This document shows, in pieces, positions 30,260 through 41,250 of a DNA stretch of 64,000 bases (within the stretch, counting starts at the first letter, position 1; every line of letters starts with the position of its first letter). A program made the translations under genes and the position numbers. The notes under the pieces are model-generated. The model was not told the origin of the DNA, did no database searches, and saw only the letters and a list, made by a program, of their open reading frames with translations. Source of the stretch: an uncultured Gemmatimonadales bacterium (lineage in GTDB: Bacteria; Gemmatimonadota; Gemmatimonadetes; Longimicrobiales; RSA9); NCBI GenBank assembly GCA_963798085.1, contig CAWCRS010000007.1, positions 928,001-992,000 of the forward strand, given 5' to 3'.

Positions 30260-31437
30260 GTCGGATGCCGCTGCGTCTGGCGGCGAGGGGAACGTGGCTG
30301 TGCCTGGCACTGGGAGCAGCCTGTCAGCGCGCGCCCGCCATCGTACACAGCGGTGCGCCCGCCTGGGGCAGCGCCTCACCCTGGGTCGTGGGTGCCACCG
30401 CCAGGCACGTGGTGGGAGGCGCTACCGGCGACGAGGGTTTTGCCGTCTCCGGCGCCGCTCGCCTGGCCGATGGCCGCTTCGTCATCGGCATCGGGGGCCT
30501 GAACGAGGTGCGCATGTACGGACCCAATGGCGCGCTGCAGCACAGCTTCGGAGGCACCGGTATCCGGCCCGGTCAGTTCCGCGCCATTGGCCCGATCCGG
30601 GTGCGCGGGGACACCATTGTGGTGGTGTCTCTGCTGGATTCACGACTCGAGATGTTCGATGACCGCGGCGCGCTCCTGCGCAGCGTCGCGCTGCAGCCGC
30701 CGCTCGGACTCGTGGCGGTCGCACCCTTCGCGCAGCTGGATGACGGTTCCATCCTGGCCTGGGCATCCGAGCCCGGCCCGCCGCTGCCCGTCGCCGGCAC
30801 CACACTGCAGGACACGATCGACATTCTGCGCTACGCGCTGAGCGGCGAGTTGCGCGCCCGGCTGGCCCGCCTGCCGGGCCCCAAACAGCTTGTTACGGAT
30901 GCCGATGGCGGCGTGCGCCAGGTGGCCATGCCGTTCGCTCTGCGGCCCGCGGCCGCGGCAGTGCGTGGTGAAGTCCTCACGGGCAGCGGCGACCAGCCCG
31001 CAGTCGCGGTGCGCGATTCGACCGGTCGCGTGCGCCGCGTCTATGCGTGGACCGCCCCGCGCATGGCGGTGGACTCGGCGCTGCGCGCGCGGTTTCGCGG
31101 TCTCGCGGGCGAGGCGCCCGGCGTGCCCCTGCCTGACAACGTCGCGCGCATTCTCGACGCCATGCGCTTTCCCGACACGCTTCCCGTGTGGCAGGCGCTG
31201 CTCGTCGACGACGATGGCGCAATCTGGGTGGACACGTACCAGCCGCCCTGGCAGGACGATTCCCAATGGACGGTGCTGGACGGCGAGGGGCGATGGCTGG
31301 GCTCGGTCAGACTGCCGCCCGCATTCCAGCCGACGCAGATCGGACACGATTTCGTGCTGGGTCTGCTCAGTGATGACACCGGCAGACACGCCGTGTGGTT
31401 CACATTGACACGGGGTGTGTCCGTGAGCACGCACTGA
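30256..31437 (+). CDS. 6-bladed beta-propeller lipoprotein
   Basis: LGAAC lipobox; FGGTG.RPGQF; LLVDDDGAIWV; W.VLD.EGRWLG.V.LP; ATGA overlap with the MaoC gene. Confidence 0.75.
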   Translation: MSRMPLRLAARGTWLCLALGAACQRAPAIVHSGAPAWGSASPWVVGATARHVVGGATGDEGFAVSGAARLADGRFVIGIGGLNEVRMYGPNGALQHSFGGTGIRPGQFRAIGPIRVRGDTIVVVSLLDSRLEMFDDRGALLRSVALQPPLGLVAVAPFAQLDDGSILAWASEPGPPLPVAGTTLQDTIDILRYALSGELRARLARLPGPKQLVTDADGGVRQVAMPFALRPAAAAVRGEVLTGSGDQPAVAVRDSTGRVRRVYAWTAPRMAVDSALRARFRGLAGEAPGVPLPDNVARILDAMRFPDTLPVWQALLVDDDGAIWVDTYQPPWQDDSQWTVLDGEGRWLGSVRLPPAFQPTQIGHDFVLGLLSDDTGRHAVWFTLTRGVSVSTH

Positions 31438-31704
31438 CGCGGCAGCTCCGAGCAGTCCCGAGCGCCGCGCGGTTTGTCGCACGTGCGACGAAATTGTGTA
31501 CCGGAAAGTACACGTTCACGCCTCGCATCATTCGCACAACACACTGGAACATCTAGTACTTGCGCGTTTATATTAGCATGTGCCCGCGGCCCCCGGACGC
31601 GGCGGGCGCTGGACGCGCCAACGCAGAGAGGCAGTATGACTCGAAGCAACGAACACACCGGTGATGCAGCAACCCGGACCGTCAATCATTCGCCGGGCCT
31701 GCAA

Positions 31705-32442
31705 ATGAAGATCCGCCTGGTGGTCATTTCGTGCGCGCTGCTGGCGCTTCCTGCGTTCGCGGCCGCGCAGCAGGGCGACGGCTTTCTCTTTCACGCACCG
31801 CGCGCCACGCTGGGGATGCGCGCCAGCTTCCAGTTTGCGCGGGCCGGCAGCGGCATCTTCGATTTCGTCACGCAGCAGCTGACGCTGAATCGTCGTGACT
31901 TCGACACGTTCGGCGTGGCAGGTGATCTCGGCGTCAACCTGAGTGGTCCGCTCGATCTCGTGCTCAGCGGCGGGTATTCCGGCACCACGAAGCACTCCGA
32001 GTTCCGCGACTTCGTGGATCAGGACAACCTGCCGATTTCGCAACGCACATCATTCACCATGACGCCACTCACGGGCGCGCTGCGACTGTATCTGCTGCCG
32101 CGCGGCCACAGCGTGAGTCGTTTTGCCTGGATACCCGCGCGTTTCTCGCCGTACGTTGGCGCGGGCGGCGGCATGGTTCACTACACGTTCAAGCAGGTGG
32201 GTTCGTTCGTCGATTTCCAGGATCTCTCGGTTTTCGATGAGACGCTGCGTTCTTCCGGCTGGACACCACTCGGCATGATAATGGCCGGTATGGACTTCAG
32301 TGTGGGTCCGCGCGTCGTGCTGACGACGGACGCGCGCTACCAGTGGGCGTCGGCGAACCTGGATCAGCAATTCGTGAGCTTCGCGGATGGCATCGACCTG
32401 AGCGGGCTCCAGCTTTCAATGGGCGTGCACTTCCGTCTCTAG
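31705..32442 (+). CDS. outer membrane beta-barrel protein (OmpA/OmpW-like)
   Basis: Signal peptide ending AAA; PYVGAGGG; amphipathic strands; C-terminal GVHFRL. Confidence 0.75.
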   Translation: MKIRLVVISCALLALPAFAAAQQGDGFLFHAPRATLGMRASFQFARAGSGIFDFVTQQLTLNRRDFDTFGVAGDLGVNLSGPLDLVLSGGYSGTTKHSEFRDFVDQDNLPISQRTSFTMTPLTGALRLYLLPRGHSVSRFAWIPARFSPYVGAGGGMVHYTFKQVGSFVDFQDLSVFDETLRSSGWTPLGMIMAGMDFSVGPRVVLTTDARYQWASANLDQQFVSFADGIDLSGLQLSMGVHFRL

Positions 32443-32456
32443 CAGGAACGGGAAAC

Positions 32457-33728
32457 ATGGGCAAGGCACGAAGCCACATACTGGCATCCATGACCGTCGC
32501 GGTCGTGGCGCTGGTGCTGGCGCCCCGTCTGGCACAGGCGCAGAACACCGATTCGCGCTGGCTGCCATGGCTGGGCTGCTGGGAACCGACCAGCGGTGAG
32601 GTAGCCGACAACGTAATGGTTTGCGTGCGGCCCGCGGCCTCGACCAACGGCGTCGACATTGTGACGCTGTCCAATGGTGAGACCGCGTCGACGCGCACGC
32701 TCGTCGGCGATGGACAGCGGCACCAGCTGTCCGATGCGGGATGCACGGGCTGGCAGTCCGCTGATTTCTCCTCGGACGGTCGCCGCGCGTTCCTGCGCTC
32801 GGACCTCACGTGCGAGGGCGGGGCGAGGCGCACGGCGTCGGCCGTCATGTCGATCACCGATTCCGGCGAATGGCTGGACGCCCAGTCGCTGGGCTCGGGC
32901 AAGCAGCGCCTGCCGCGCGTGATGCACTACCGGCTGGCGCCGGAATCAGCGGCGCGCGAAGCGGGCTTCACTCTGCCGGCGGACCGCGCGGTTGCCGCGA
33001 GTGACGCACGCCTGATGGCAGGCGGTGATCTCACGCTGGCGGATGTGAAGGAAGCGGCCTCGCACGTCGATTCCGAGACGCTGCAGGCGTTCCTGATCGA
33101 GCGTAATCAGCCGTTTGATGTCAACGCGGCGCGTCTCGATGATCTGTCGCAGGCCGGCGTATCCTCCGACGTGATCAATGTGCTCGTGGCGCTGTCCTAT
33201 CCCGAGCACTTCCACATCGATCGCGATGCGATGCACAACGCCGTGCAGCCCGTCGAGCCGCAGCAGCGCGATCGGCGTGCCGATCGCTACGGCTACGACG
33301 CCTTCGGCTGGGGTTACGGTCGCAGTGGCTACGGCTGCTATGACGCGTGGTACTCGGGCTGGTCACCGTACTGCGGTTATGGCAATGGCTATGGCTACGG
33401 CTACGGTGGCGGCTTCGGTCTGGGCTACTACAATCCTTACTGGTACGGGTACGCGGGCAGTCCGATCATCATCGTCGGCAACAACGGCGACAACAGCGCG
33501 CCTTCGGGGCGCGCTGTGAACGGGCGGGGCTACACGCGCGGTGGCTCGGGCAGCAGCTCGGGTACCGCCCACGGCACGAGTTCGGGAGCGCGTCGGCCGG
33601 CATCGGCAGGCAGCAGCGGGTCCAGTGGCGGCGGAGGCAAGGCAGGCTCCGGTGGCTACACCCGCGGCTCGAGCGGGTCCGGCTCCTCCTCGGGTCGTAC
33701 GGCCAAGACCCGGGGTGGCGGTGGCTGA
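32457..33728 (+). CDS. secreted hypothetical protein with Cys-containing N-domain and Tyr/Gly- and Gly/Ser-rich tail
   Basis: Signal peptide; WLPWLGCW; helical repeat; low-complexity C-terminus; 14 bp downstream of the barrel gene. Confidence 0.7.
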   Translation: MGKARSHILASMTVAVVALVLAPRLAQAQNTDSRWLPWLGCWEPTSGEVADNVMVCVRPAASTNGVDIVTLSNGETASTRTLVGDGQRHQLSDAGCTGWQSADFSSDGRRAFLRSDLTCEGGARRTASAVMSITDSGEWLDAQSLGSGKQRLPRVMHYRLAPESAAREAGFTLPADRAVAASDARLMAGGDLTLADVKEAASHVDSETLQAFLIERNQPFDVNAARLDDLSQAGVSSDVINVLVALSYPEHFHIDRDAMHNAVQPVEPQQRDRRADRYGYDAFGWGYGRSGYGCYDAWYSGWSPYCGYGNGYGYGYGGGFGLGYYNPYWYGYAGSPIIIVGNNGDNSAPSGRAVNGRGYTRGGSGSSSGTAHGTSSGARRPASAGSSGSSGGGGKAGSGGYTRGSSGSGSSSGRTAKTRGGGG

Positions 33729-33752
33729 TCAGCCGTCGCCATTCGAACCTGC

Positions 33753-33786
33753 GAGCGGCGCGGGAGACACGTCTCCCGCGCCGCTC
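33753..33786. terminator. hairpin terminator
   Basis: GAGCGGCGCGGGAGAC / GTCTCCCGCGCCGCTC, 16-bp inverted repeat. Confidence 0.65.
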
Positions 33787-33889
33787 TGCATTTGGCAGCC
33801 GCGGCCATTGTGGTTGCGTTCGCACGTTCGACCGCCGATTGTCAGGCCGCGCTCGCGCCGCGAGCCTGCCTGCGCAACCCGGAAGCGAA

Positions 33890-35417
33890 ATGAACGCCAC
33901 CACCGTGAATGGCGATGTTCGCTGGGCAAAGGTCATCGATCACACGCGCTGCATTGGCTGCCACGCGTGCACGACGGCGTGCAAGTCGGAGAACGAAGTG
34001 CCGCTCACCGTGACGCGCACGTACGTCAAGTACGTGGACACCGGGGTGTTTCCCAACACCAGGCGCGCCTTCCAGGTCACGCGCTGCAACCAGTGTGACC
34101 AGGCGCCCTGCACGTTCGCCTGCCCCACATCGGCGATGTACCGGCGCGCCGACGGCATCGTCGACTTCGACAAGTCGATCTGCATTGGCTGCAAGGCGTG
34201 CATCGCGGCCTGCCCCTATGATGCCATCTTCATCAATCCGGACGATCACTCGGCGGAGAAGTGCAACTTCTGCGCGCATCGCCTGGACGTCGGGCTGGAA
34301 CCCGCGTGCGTAGTGGTGTGCCCGACGGAAGCGATTCTGATCGGCGATCTGAACAATGCATCGTCCAGGGTGGCGCAGATCGTGGGGCGGGATGTGGTGT
34401 CTGTGCGCCGGCCGGAAAAGGAGACGAAGCCCAAGCTCTTCTACAAGGGCGCGCACCAGGCCACGCTGGATCCGCTGGCCGCACGGCGTCCGCCTAACGG
34501 GTTGTTCATGTGGAGCGAGCAGGGGCGGCTGCCCGGCCAGGTGACGTCCGGGCATCCGGGCGCATGGAACAACTCGGCGGCCGCTGTACTGGCCTACGAT
34601 GTGCCTCGCCGCGCGCCCTGGGACTGGCGTGTGAGCCTGTATACATGGACCAAGGGCATTGCCACCGGCCTCTACATCGCGCCGCTGCTGCTGGCGCTGC
34701 TCGGCATCATTGCCTGGAGCGGTCCGCTCTGGCAGCTGGCTTCGCCTGTGGGTGGCGGCATCTTCCTCGCGCTGACCTGCGTCCTGCTGATCGCCGATCT
34801 CGAGCATCCCGGCCGTTTCCACTACCTCTTCCTGCGCCCGCAATGGCGCAGCTGGCTGGTGCGCGGCGGTCTGCTGATCGCGGGCTACGGGCTGGTGCTG
34901 CTCCTGCATTTCGTGGCAGCTGTCACGGGAAACGTGCGGCTGCCGCGCGCGCTCGCCTGGGTGGGGCTTCCTCTGGCCGTGCTGACAGCCGTGTACACAG
35001 CGTACCTGTTCGCGCAGGCGAAGGCGAGGGACCTGTGGCAGAATCCGCTGGCGCCGGTGCACCTGCTGGTGCAGTCGCTGCTGCTGGGCAGCGCGGCGCT
35101 GCTGCCGGTGGCCGGGCGCATCGAGCCCGCAGCGGGCGCATCACTCGCATGGCTGCTCGCGGGCAGCTGCACCGCGCATCTGCTCGATCGTCCTGACAGA
35201 GCATTCCCTGACACACACGACGGCGCACGCCCGCCTGGCGGCGTGGGAGATGACGCACGGTCGTTTCTCGCCTGTGTTCTGGACGGGCGTGGTGCTGGCC
35301 GCGGCGGGGTGTGCCGCGCCATGGCTGGGTTGGTGGCTGGCGCTGCCCGCCCTGGCGGGCGTGCTGCTGCACGAGCACGCGTACGTGCAGGCGGGTCAGG
35401 CCGTACCGCTCGCCTGA
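33890..35417 (+). CDS. nrfD: fused 4x[4Fe-4S] (NrfC/PsrB-like) + NrfD/PsrC membrane anchor; frameshift near 35187
   Basis: CIGCHACTTAC, CNQCDQAPC...CP, CIGCKACIAACP, KCNFC...PACVVVCP; then multi-TM region with DLEHPGRF..RPQWRSW, YTAYLF..A..RDLW; true end HEHAYVQAGQAVPLA* in the shifted frame. Confidence 0.88.
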
Positions 35418-35427
35418 CCCCGCTGCG

Positions 35428-36492
35428 TCAGCAGATGCGCGGCAACTGATCGCCGGGCAGCATGTCGACAATGCGCATCCCGCCAATGCCCGTGCGCAAT
35501 GCGACCATGCCCGGGTGCGCGGCAACCACGCGACCAATGGCGGCCGCGCTCTCGCCCAGCGGATGCGCGCGCAACGCTGCCAGTGCTTTTCCGGCTAGCG
35601 CCTTGTCCACGAACGCGACCAGCAATCCTTCGTTAGCCACGTAGAGCGGATCCAGCCCGAGCATCTCACAAGCGGCTGCCACCGGTCCGGGCACGGGCAT
35701 CTCACCATCGACCAGCTCCACGCCCACGTGCGCGGCCGCCGCGATTTCGTTCAACGCGCTCGCCATGCCGCCACGCGTCGGATCACGCAACGCGTGCACC
35801 CCATCGCCCACCGCATCACGCAGCGCGCAAACCAGCGGGTACAGACACGCCGTGTCGCTGGCGACGTCCACCTCGAAGCCCAGGCTGTCACGCGCCGACA
35901 TCACGGCAATGCCGTGCCGGCCAATGGGTCCGCTCACCAGCACGACATCCCCGACCCTCGCCAGTGTCGGAGCCGGCGCGAACGCGTCATCGACCATGCC
36001 AATGCCGGTGGTGTTGATGTAGAGGCCGTCGGCCTTGCCGCGCTCCACGACCTTGGTGTCGCCGGTCACGATGGACACGTTCGCCAGCGCCGCACTGTCT
36101 GCCATGGCGCGGATCACGCGATCGAGCAACGGCAGAGGCAGCCCTTCCTCCAGAATGAAGCCGGCGGAAAGATAGAGCGGCGTCGCCCCCATCATGGCCA
36201 GATCGTTGAGCGTCCCGTGCACGGCGAGGTGTCCGATATTGCCGCCCGGAAACTCCAGCGGACTGACGACGAAGCTGTCGGTGGACAGCGCAATGCGGCC
36301 GTTGTGAACGGGCAGTACGGCCGCGTCACCCAGTTGCGCAAGCATGGTGTTAGAAAAGGCCGGCAGGAAGCGCTCGCGCAGCAGTGCCGCGCTCATCTTG
36401 CCGCCGGAGCCGTGACCCAGCTGGACGCGCTCCGTATCCGTGAGTGGCGCCGGACAGACGGCACCGCTGACCGGCGCGGCAATCGTGCTCAT
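35428..36492 (-). CDS. hypE: hydrogenase carbamoyl dehydratase HypE
   Basis: [37 protein letters not shown]-terminal LPRIC. Confidence 0.95.
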   Translation of the reverse strand: MSTIAAPVSGAVCPAPLTDTERVQLGHGSGGKMSAALLRERFLPAFSNTMLAQLGDAAVLPVHNGRIALSTDSFVVSPLEFPGGNIGHLAVHGTLNDLAMMGATPLYLSAGFILEEGLPLPLLDRVIRAMADSAALANVSIVTGDTKVVERGKADGLYINTTGIGMVDDAFAPAPTLARVGDVVLVSGPIGRHGIAVMSARDSLGFEVDVASDTACLYPLVCALRDAVGDGVHALRDPTRGGMASALNEIAAAAHVGVELVDGEMPVPGPVAAACEMLGLDPLYVANEGLLVAFVDKALAGKALAALRAHPLGESAAAIGRVVAAHPGMVALRTGIGGMRIVDMLPGDQLPRIC

Positions 36493-37605
36493 GAAGCAGC
36501 TCCCTGCGGTTCGCCGCTGCGAAAGCGGGCGAAGTTGTAGTAGGCGGCGCAGGCGCCCTCGGACGAGACCATGGGAGCGCCCAGCGGGTGCTCCGGTGTG
36601 CAGGTTTTGCCGAAGGCGGCGCACTCGAACGGCTTGATGCGGCCGCGCAGCACGTCGCCGGCGCGGCACTCCGTGGGCTCCGTGGCGCGGATGTCGTACA
36701 GGTCGAACTTGCGCTCCGCATCGTAGGCCGCGAACTCCTCGCGCAGCGCCAGCCCGCTGCGCGGGATCATGCCAATGCCCCGCCACTGCCGGTCGACCAG
36801 CTCGAACACACGCTCGATCAGCACCTGTGCCGGGCGATTGCCATCGCGGCGCACCGAGCGCACGTACTGGTTCTCCACTTCGTGCCGGCCCGCCTGCAGC
36901 TGCGTAATCGCCATCAGCATGCCTTCGAGAATGTCGATGGGCTCGAAGCCGGTGACGATGATCGGGCACCTTGTAACGCGCTGCCAGGGGCTCGTATTCG
37001 GTCCACCCCATCACGGTGCAGACGTGTCCGGCGGCGAGGAATCCCTGCACACGGTTATCCGCGGACTCGAGGATGGCTACCATGGCGGGGGGCACAGTGA
37101 CGTGCGAAACCAGTACGCTGAAATTGTCGACGCCCAGCTCGCGCGCCCGCCACACGGCCATGGCGTTGGCGGGCGCCGTCGTCTCGAAGCCGACGGCGAA
37201 GAACACCACTTCCCGGTCCGGGTTCTTCTGTGCCAGCTCGAGCGCATCCAGTGGCGAGTACACGATGCGCACCTGGCCGCCGCGTGCCCGGATCTGGAAG
37301 AGATCGCATTCGCTGCCCGGCACGCGCAGCATGTCACCGAAGGATGTGAAGATGACGTCCGGTCGCGCGGCGAGGTTGAGGGCGCGATCGATCTGCTCGA
37401 GGGGTGTGACGCACACGGGACAGCCGGGACCATGGATCATCTCGACCGAGCTCTCGAGCAGCTCATTGAGACCCTGGCGCACGATGGTGTGCGTCTGACC
37501 GCCGCACACTTCCATGAGCGTCCAGCGACGCTGCGCGGTTTCGCGGATGCGGTCGATGAGCGCTCTGGCCACGCCCGGGTCACGATACTCGCTCAGGTAT
37601 TTCAT
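36489..37605 (-). CDS. hypD: hydrogenase maturation protein HypD; frameshift near 36965
   Basis: [24 protein letters not shown]-terminal [12 protein letters not shown] in the ORF 36489-36920. Confidence 0.93.
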
Positions 37606-37916
37606 GCGACGCCTCCGGGTCGGGAATTCGATCCGTTCATGCCGGCCATGCTCTGGTCGGCGACTTCGCGCATCCAGTCCAGCTCTTCCAGCTGGCTCAT
37701 TTCCCTGAGCACTTCGAACGTTCGTTTCGCCTCCGCCTCATCCACCTTCGCGATGGCGAAGCCCACGTGCACGATGGCGTAATCGCCTACCGCGACTTCA
37801 CTGGCGACGTACGCGAGGCAGACTTCGCGCTTGACCCCACCGAAATCGACAGTACCGACGGTGAGGCCCTGATCGTCGCGAATGTCGATGATGCGGCCGG
37901 GAATGCCGAGGCACAT
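37602..37916 (-). CDS. hypC: HypC/HupF hydrogenase chaperone
   Basis: MCLGIPG; VHVGFAI. Confidence 0.95.
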   Translation of the reverse strand: MCLGIPGRIIDIRDDQGLTVGTVDFGGVKREVCLAYVASEVAVGDYAIVHVGFAIAKVDEAEAKRTFEVLREMSQLEELDWMREVADQSMAGMNGSNSRPGGVA

Positions 37917-37925
37917 GGTTCACCC

Positions 37926-40285
37926 TCACTGTTCGGACTGCAGAATGGCGGCCGCAATGGCCGCCTGACCGTAACTGATGGCGCCGTCGTTGGGGCTCAG
38001 CTCGCGGGGCAGTAGTACGCGTACGCTGGCGCGCTGGAGGCGGTCACGCAAGCCTGTCAGCAGCCGGGCATTCTGGAAGACGCCACCGCCCAGCGCCACG
38101 ATGCGGACATTGTGCTGCTCGCAGAATGCGCAGCGCGAGACTCGCGGCGGAGGCCGCAAGGCTCTCATGGAAGCGTGCGGCGAGCTGACCCACGTCGTCG
38201 CCTGCCATGAGGCGCTCGCCCAGCGCGGCCAGCAGGGGAAGCGGATCGAGCACTTCCACATCGTTCTGCACGGCGCAGGGGAAGGGCAGTGGCTGCGCAG
38301 TGCGATTGCCGGCGAGCGCTTCCAGCTCCATGGCTGCCTGGCCCTCGTACGCGGCGGTGAGCCGCACGCCGAGCACGGCCGCGGCCGCGTCGAACAGCCG
38401 GCCCATCGACGACACCAGCGGTGCGTTCATGCCGCGGGCGATCTGCATTTCGGCTGCCGCACGCTCGTTGGCGGGCACGCCGGTAAAGGCACGCACGAAC
38501 ATTGGTGCGGCCGTCGGCTCGAGCGACAGGTACCCCAGCGCCGCGCGCCACGGCCGGCGTGCACCCAGGTCGCCGCCCGGCAGCGGGGCATAGCGCAGCT
38601 GTCCCACCCGCCGGAAGCCGGTCAGGTCGGCCAGCAGTGTCTCGGCGCCCCAGACGCGCCCATCATCGCCGTAGCCGGTGCCATCGAAGGCCAGCCCGAC
38701 CACGCGCTCTCTAACGCCGTGTTCGGCCGCCACGGCGGCCACGTGGGCGTGATGATGCTGCACTTCAATGGTGCGCTCCAGCTCCAGCTCTTCCGCGAGA
38801 CGCGTGGACAGATAGCCCGGATGCCGGTCGCGTACCGCCACGCGTGGCTGAATGCGGAACAAGGTGCGGAAGCGCGCCAGCGACGCCTGGAAATGCTGCA
38901 TCGTCTCGAGGTTTTCCAGGTCGCCAATGTGCTGGCTGACGAAGGCGTACTCGCCGTCTGCCAGCGTAAAGGTGTTCTTCAGGTGCGGCCCCACGGCCAG
39001 CAGTGGTGTGGGCGTGGGCAGTGGCAGCATCAAGGGCAGCGGCGCGAAGCCGCGTGCTCGGCGCAGAAAAACCGTCGTGCCATCGGCCACGCGCACGACC
39101 GAGTCGTCGTAGCGCGCCACAATGTCGCGATCGTGCAGCAGCAGTGCATGGGCAATGTCGCCCAGGCGCTGCTCGGCTTCCTCATTGCCGGTCGCGATCG
39201 GCTCATCGCTCATGTTGCCGCTGGTCATGACCAGCGGGCGTCGCGCGTGATCGAGCAGCAGCAGGTGCAGCGGCGTATAGGCCAGGAAAACACCCACGCG
39301 GTCCAGGCCTGGCGAAATCGCAGCCGACAGCCCGTTTCCAGACCTTGCCTGCAGCAGCACAATGGGTCGCTCAGGCGAGGTGAGCCGTGTGCGCTCCGCG
39401 AGGGCGGCATGGCCCAGCTGCAGTGCCTCATCGAGCGAGGCCACCATCACGGCCAATGGCTTCGCTTCCCTCGCCTTGCGCCGCCGCAACAGACGCACCG
39501 CTGCATCGTTGGTCGCGTCCACTGCCAGGTGGAATCCGCCGAGTCCGCGGATGGCCACGATCTGGCCGCTCAACAGAAGTCGCGCCGCAGCGGCGATCGC
39601 CGCCTCGCTGTCCCGCGCCCCATCCGTGTCCGCCGGCGGGGCGCCGGGAACGCGCAGCCACACGCGTGGCCCGCACTGCGCACAGCTGTTCGTCTCCGAA
39701 TGGTAGCGGCGGTCGGACGGCGAATGGTACTCACGCAGGCATTCCGGACACTGGGCGAACACACGCATGCTGGTGCGCTCGCGGTCGTACGGCATCGACT
39801 CGATGACGGTGAAGCGCGGACCGCAGTCCGTGCACGTAATGAAGGGATAGCGGTAGCGGCGGTTCGCGGGATCGAGCAGCTCCCGGCGACACGCGTCGCA
39901 CAGCGCCACGTCCGGTGAAACGGGCAGACGACCTGTCGCTTCAGTTTCGCTGGCGACAATGCGGAATCCGTGTGCGACGCCGGCCGCTGCGGGGAGCGCA
40001 TCAATGCTTTCGAATGCGTGCCAGTGAAGGGGCATCTGCGCGCAGCTCTACCAGGAACTGGTGAACGGCGTCGGGCTCGCCCTCAATGTGAATGCGCACC
40101 TCGCCCGCTTCGTTGCGCACCCAGCCTGAAAGCGCGAGACGGTCGGCGAGGCGGTGCACGAACGGGCGGAAGCCAACGCCCTGCACGACACCACGCACGT
40201 GCAGCAGGAGCGCTTCACGGCCGGCGACGTGACGGTCCAGCCGGGACGGTATCGGCGAGCCGGAGGCGTCATCGTCGTCCGCCAT
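37926..40285 (-). CDS. hypF: carbamoyltransferase HypF; frameshifts near 40012 and 38130
   Basis: GVVQGVGFRPFV acylphosphatase domain, two Zn fingers (CDAC/CTDC, CPEC/CAQC), QHHHAH, DGTGYG, SSMGRLFD, PNDGAISYGQ. Confidence 0.93.
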
Positions 40286-40301
40286 CAGCGCATGCGTCAC
40301 C

Positions 40302-41012
40302 TCACGGCACCGGCGCGGGCGAGCGCATGGCGGCGGCTGCACGCGCGCTCTGAGCGTCACGTACGTGCTCGCGCAGGAATGCGTACCACTCGTCCATGCC
40401 CTGTCCGGTGAGGGCCGAGACAAAAAAGAAGCGCAGCCACGGATTCACCTTGCGTGCGATCTGCACGGCGCGGTCCACATCGAACGGGACGTAGGGTAGC
40501 AGATCCTGCTTGCTGATCACGACGAATTCCGCGCGCTCGAACATGCGCGGATATTTTTCCGGTTTGTCTTCGCCTTCGGTCACCGAGAAGATCACGATCT
40601 TGCTGGCCTCGCCCAGGTCCCAGGCGGCCGGACACACGAGGTTGCCGACGTTCTCGATGAAGAGCAGGTCCGTGCTCGACAGATCGATCTGCTCGATCGC
40701 GTCGAGCACCTGGCGTGCGTCGAGGTGACAGGCGCCCCCCGTGACCACGGCCTGCACGAGCCGCTCCGTGTGGCGTGCCAGTCGATCGGCATCGTTCTGT
40801 GTCTGCACATCACCGGTCACGACGGCGATCGACAGGTCGGAGCACGCATCCAGCGTGCGCTCCAGCAGGAACGTCTTACCCGCGCCCGGCGAGGAGACGA
40901 GGTTGAATGCGGGAACCAGGTTGTGGCCGAGCCGGCTGCGGACTTCGGCGGCCAGCTCATCATTCTTGGCCATGACGCGCTCGCGCACGTCGATTCTACG
41001 GACTGCCATCAT
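40302..41012 (-). CDS. hypB: hydrogenase nickel incorporation GTPase HypB
   Basis: SSPGAGKT, CHLDA, ENVGNLVCPA, EGEDKPEKYP. Confidence 0.95.
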   Translation of the reverse strand: MMAVRRIDVRERVMAKNDELAAEVRSRLGHNLVPAFNLVSSPGAGKTFLLERTLDACSDLSIAVVTGDVQTQNDADRLARHTERLVQAVVTGGACHLDARQVLDAIEQIDLSSTDLLFIENVGNLVCPAAWDLGEASKIVIFSVTEGEDKPEKYPRMFERAEFVVISKQDLLPYVPFDVDRAVQIARKVNPWLRFFFVSALTGQGMDEWYAFLREHVRDAQSARAAAAMRSPAPVP

Positions 41013-41250
41013 CCACCTCGACCCAGGTGACGCGCAGGTCGTCACCCGGCAGCTGCTCAATGATCGGCCTGGCCTTGCCGAACGGGGGCGAGGCCAGCAG
41101 CGCCTCGAGACAGAATGCGAAGTTATCCAGCTCGATGCCGGAGCGCTCGCCCACTTCCAGGCCCACCGCGGTTACCTGTTCCAGACGATCCTGACCCACC
41201 GTCTCCTCGGCAATGCGACAGACGTCGAGGGCCAGGCTCATCTCATGCAC
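40996..41250 (-). CDS. hypA: HypA nickel metallochaperone, short form without zinc finger
   Basis: GTG start giving (M)HEMSLA; VGERSGIE; C-terminal GDDLRVTWVEVD; no CxxC pairs. Confidence 0.8.
   Translation of the reverse strand: MHEMSLALDVCRIAEETVGQDRLEQVTAVGLEVGERSGIELDNFAFCLEALLASPPFGKARPIIEQLPGDDLRVTWVEVDDGSP

Noticed and set aside
7812..31437. Genomic island integrated at the tRNA
   Set aside because: Accessory-looking genes follow the tRNA, but I found no integrase, no duplicated tRNA 3' end and no clear compositional break
31545..31565. sigma54 promoter TGGAAC...TTGC
   Set aside because: Spacing between the GG and GC elements is 4 bp too long
35428..37605. 725-aa apparent HypD-HypE fusion in the ORF track
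   Set aside because: Artefact of a single indel near 36965: the HypD C-terminus is in another frame (36489-36920) and HypE has its own ATG at 36492
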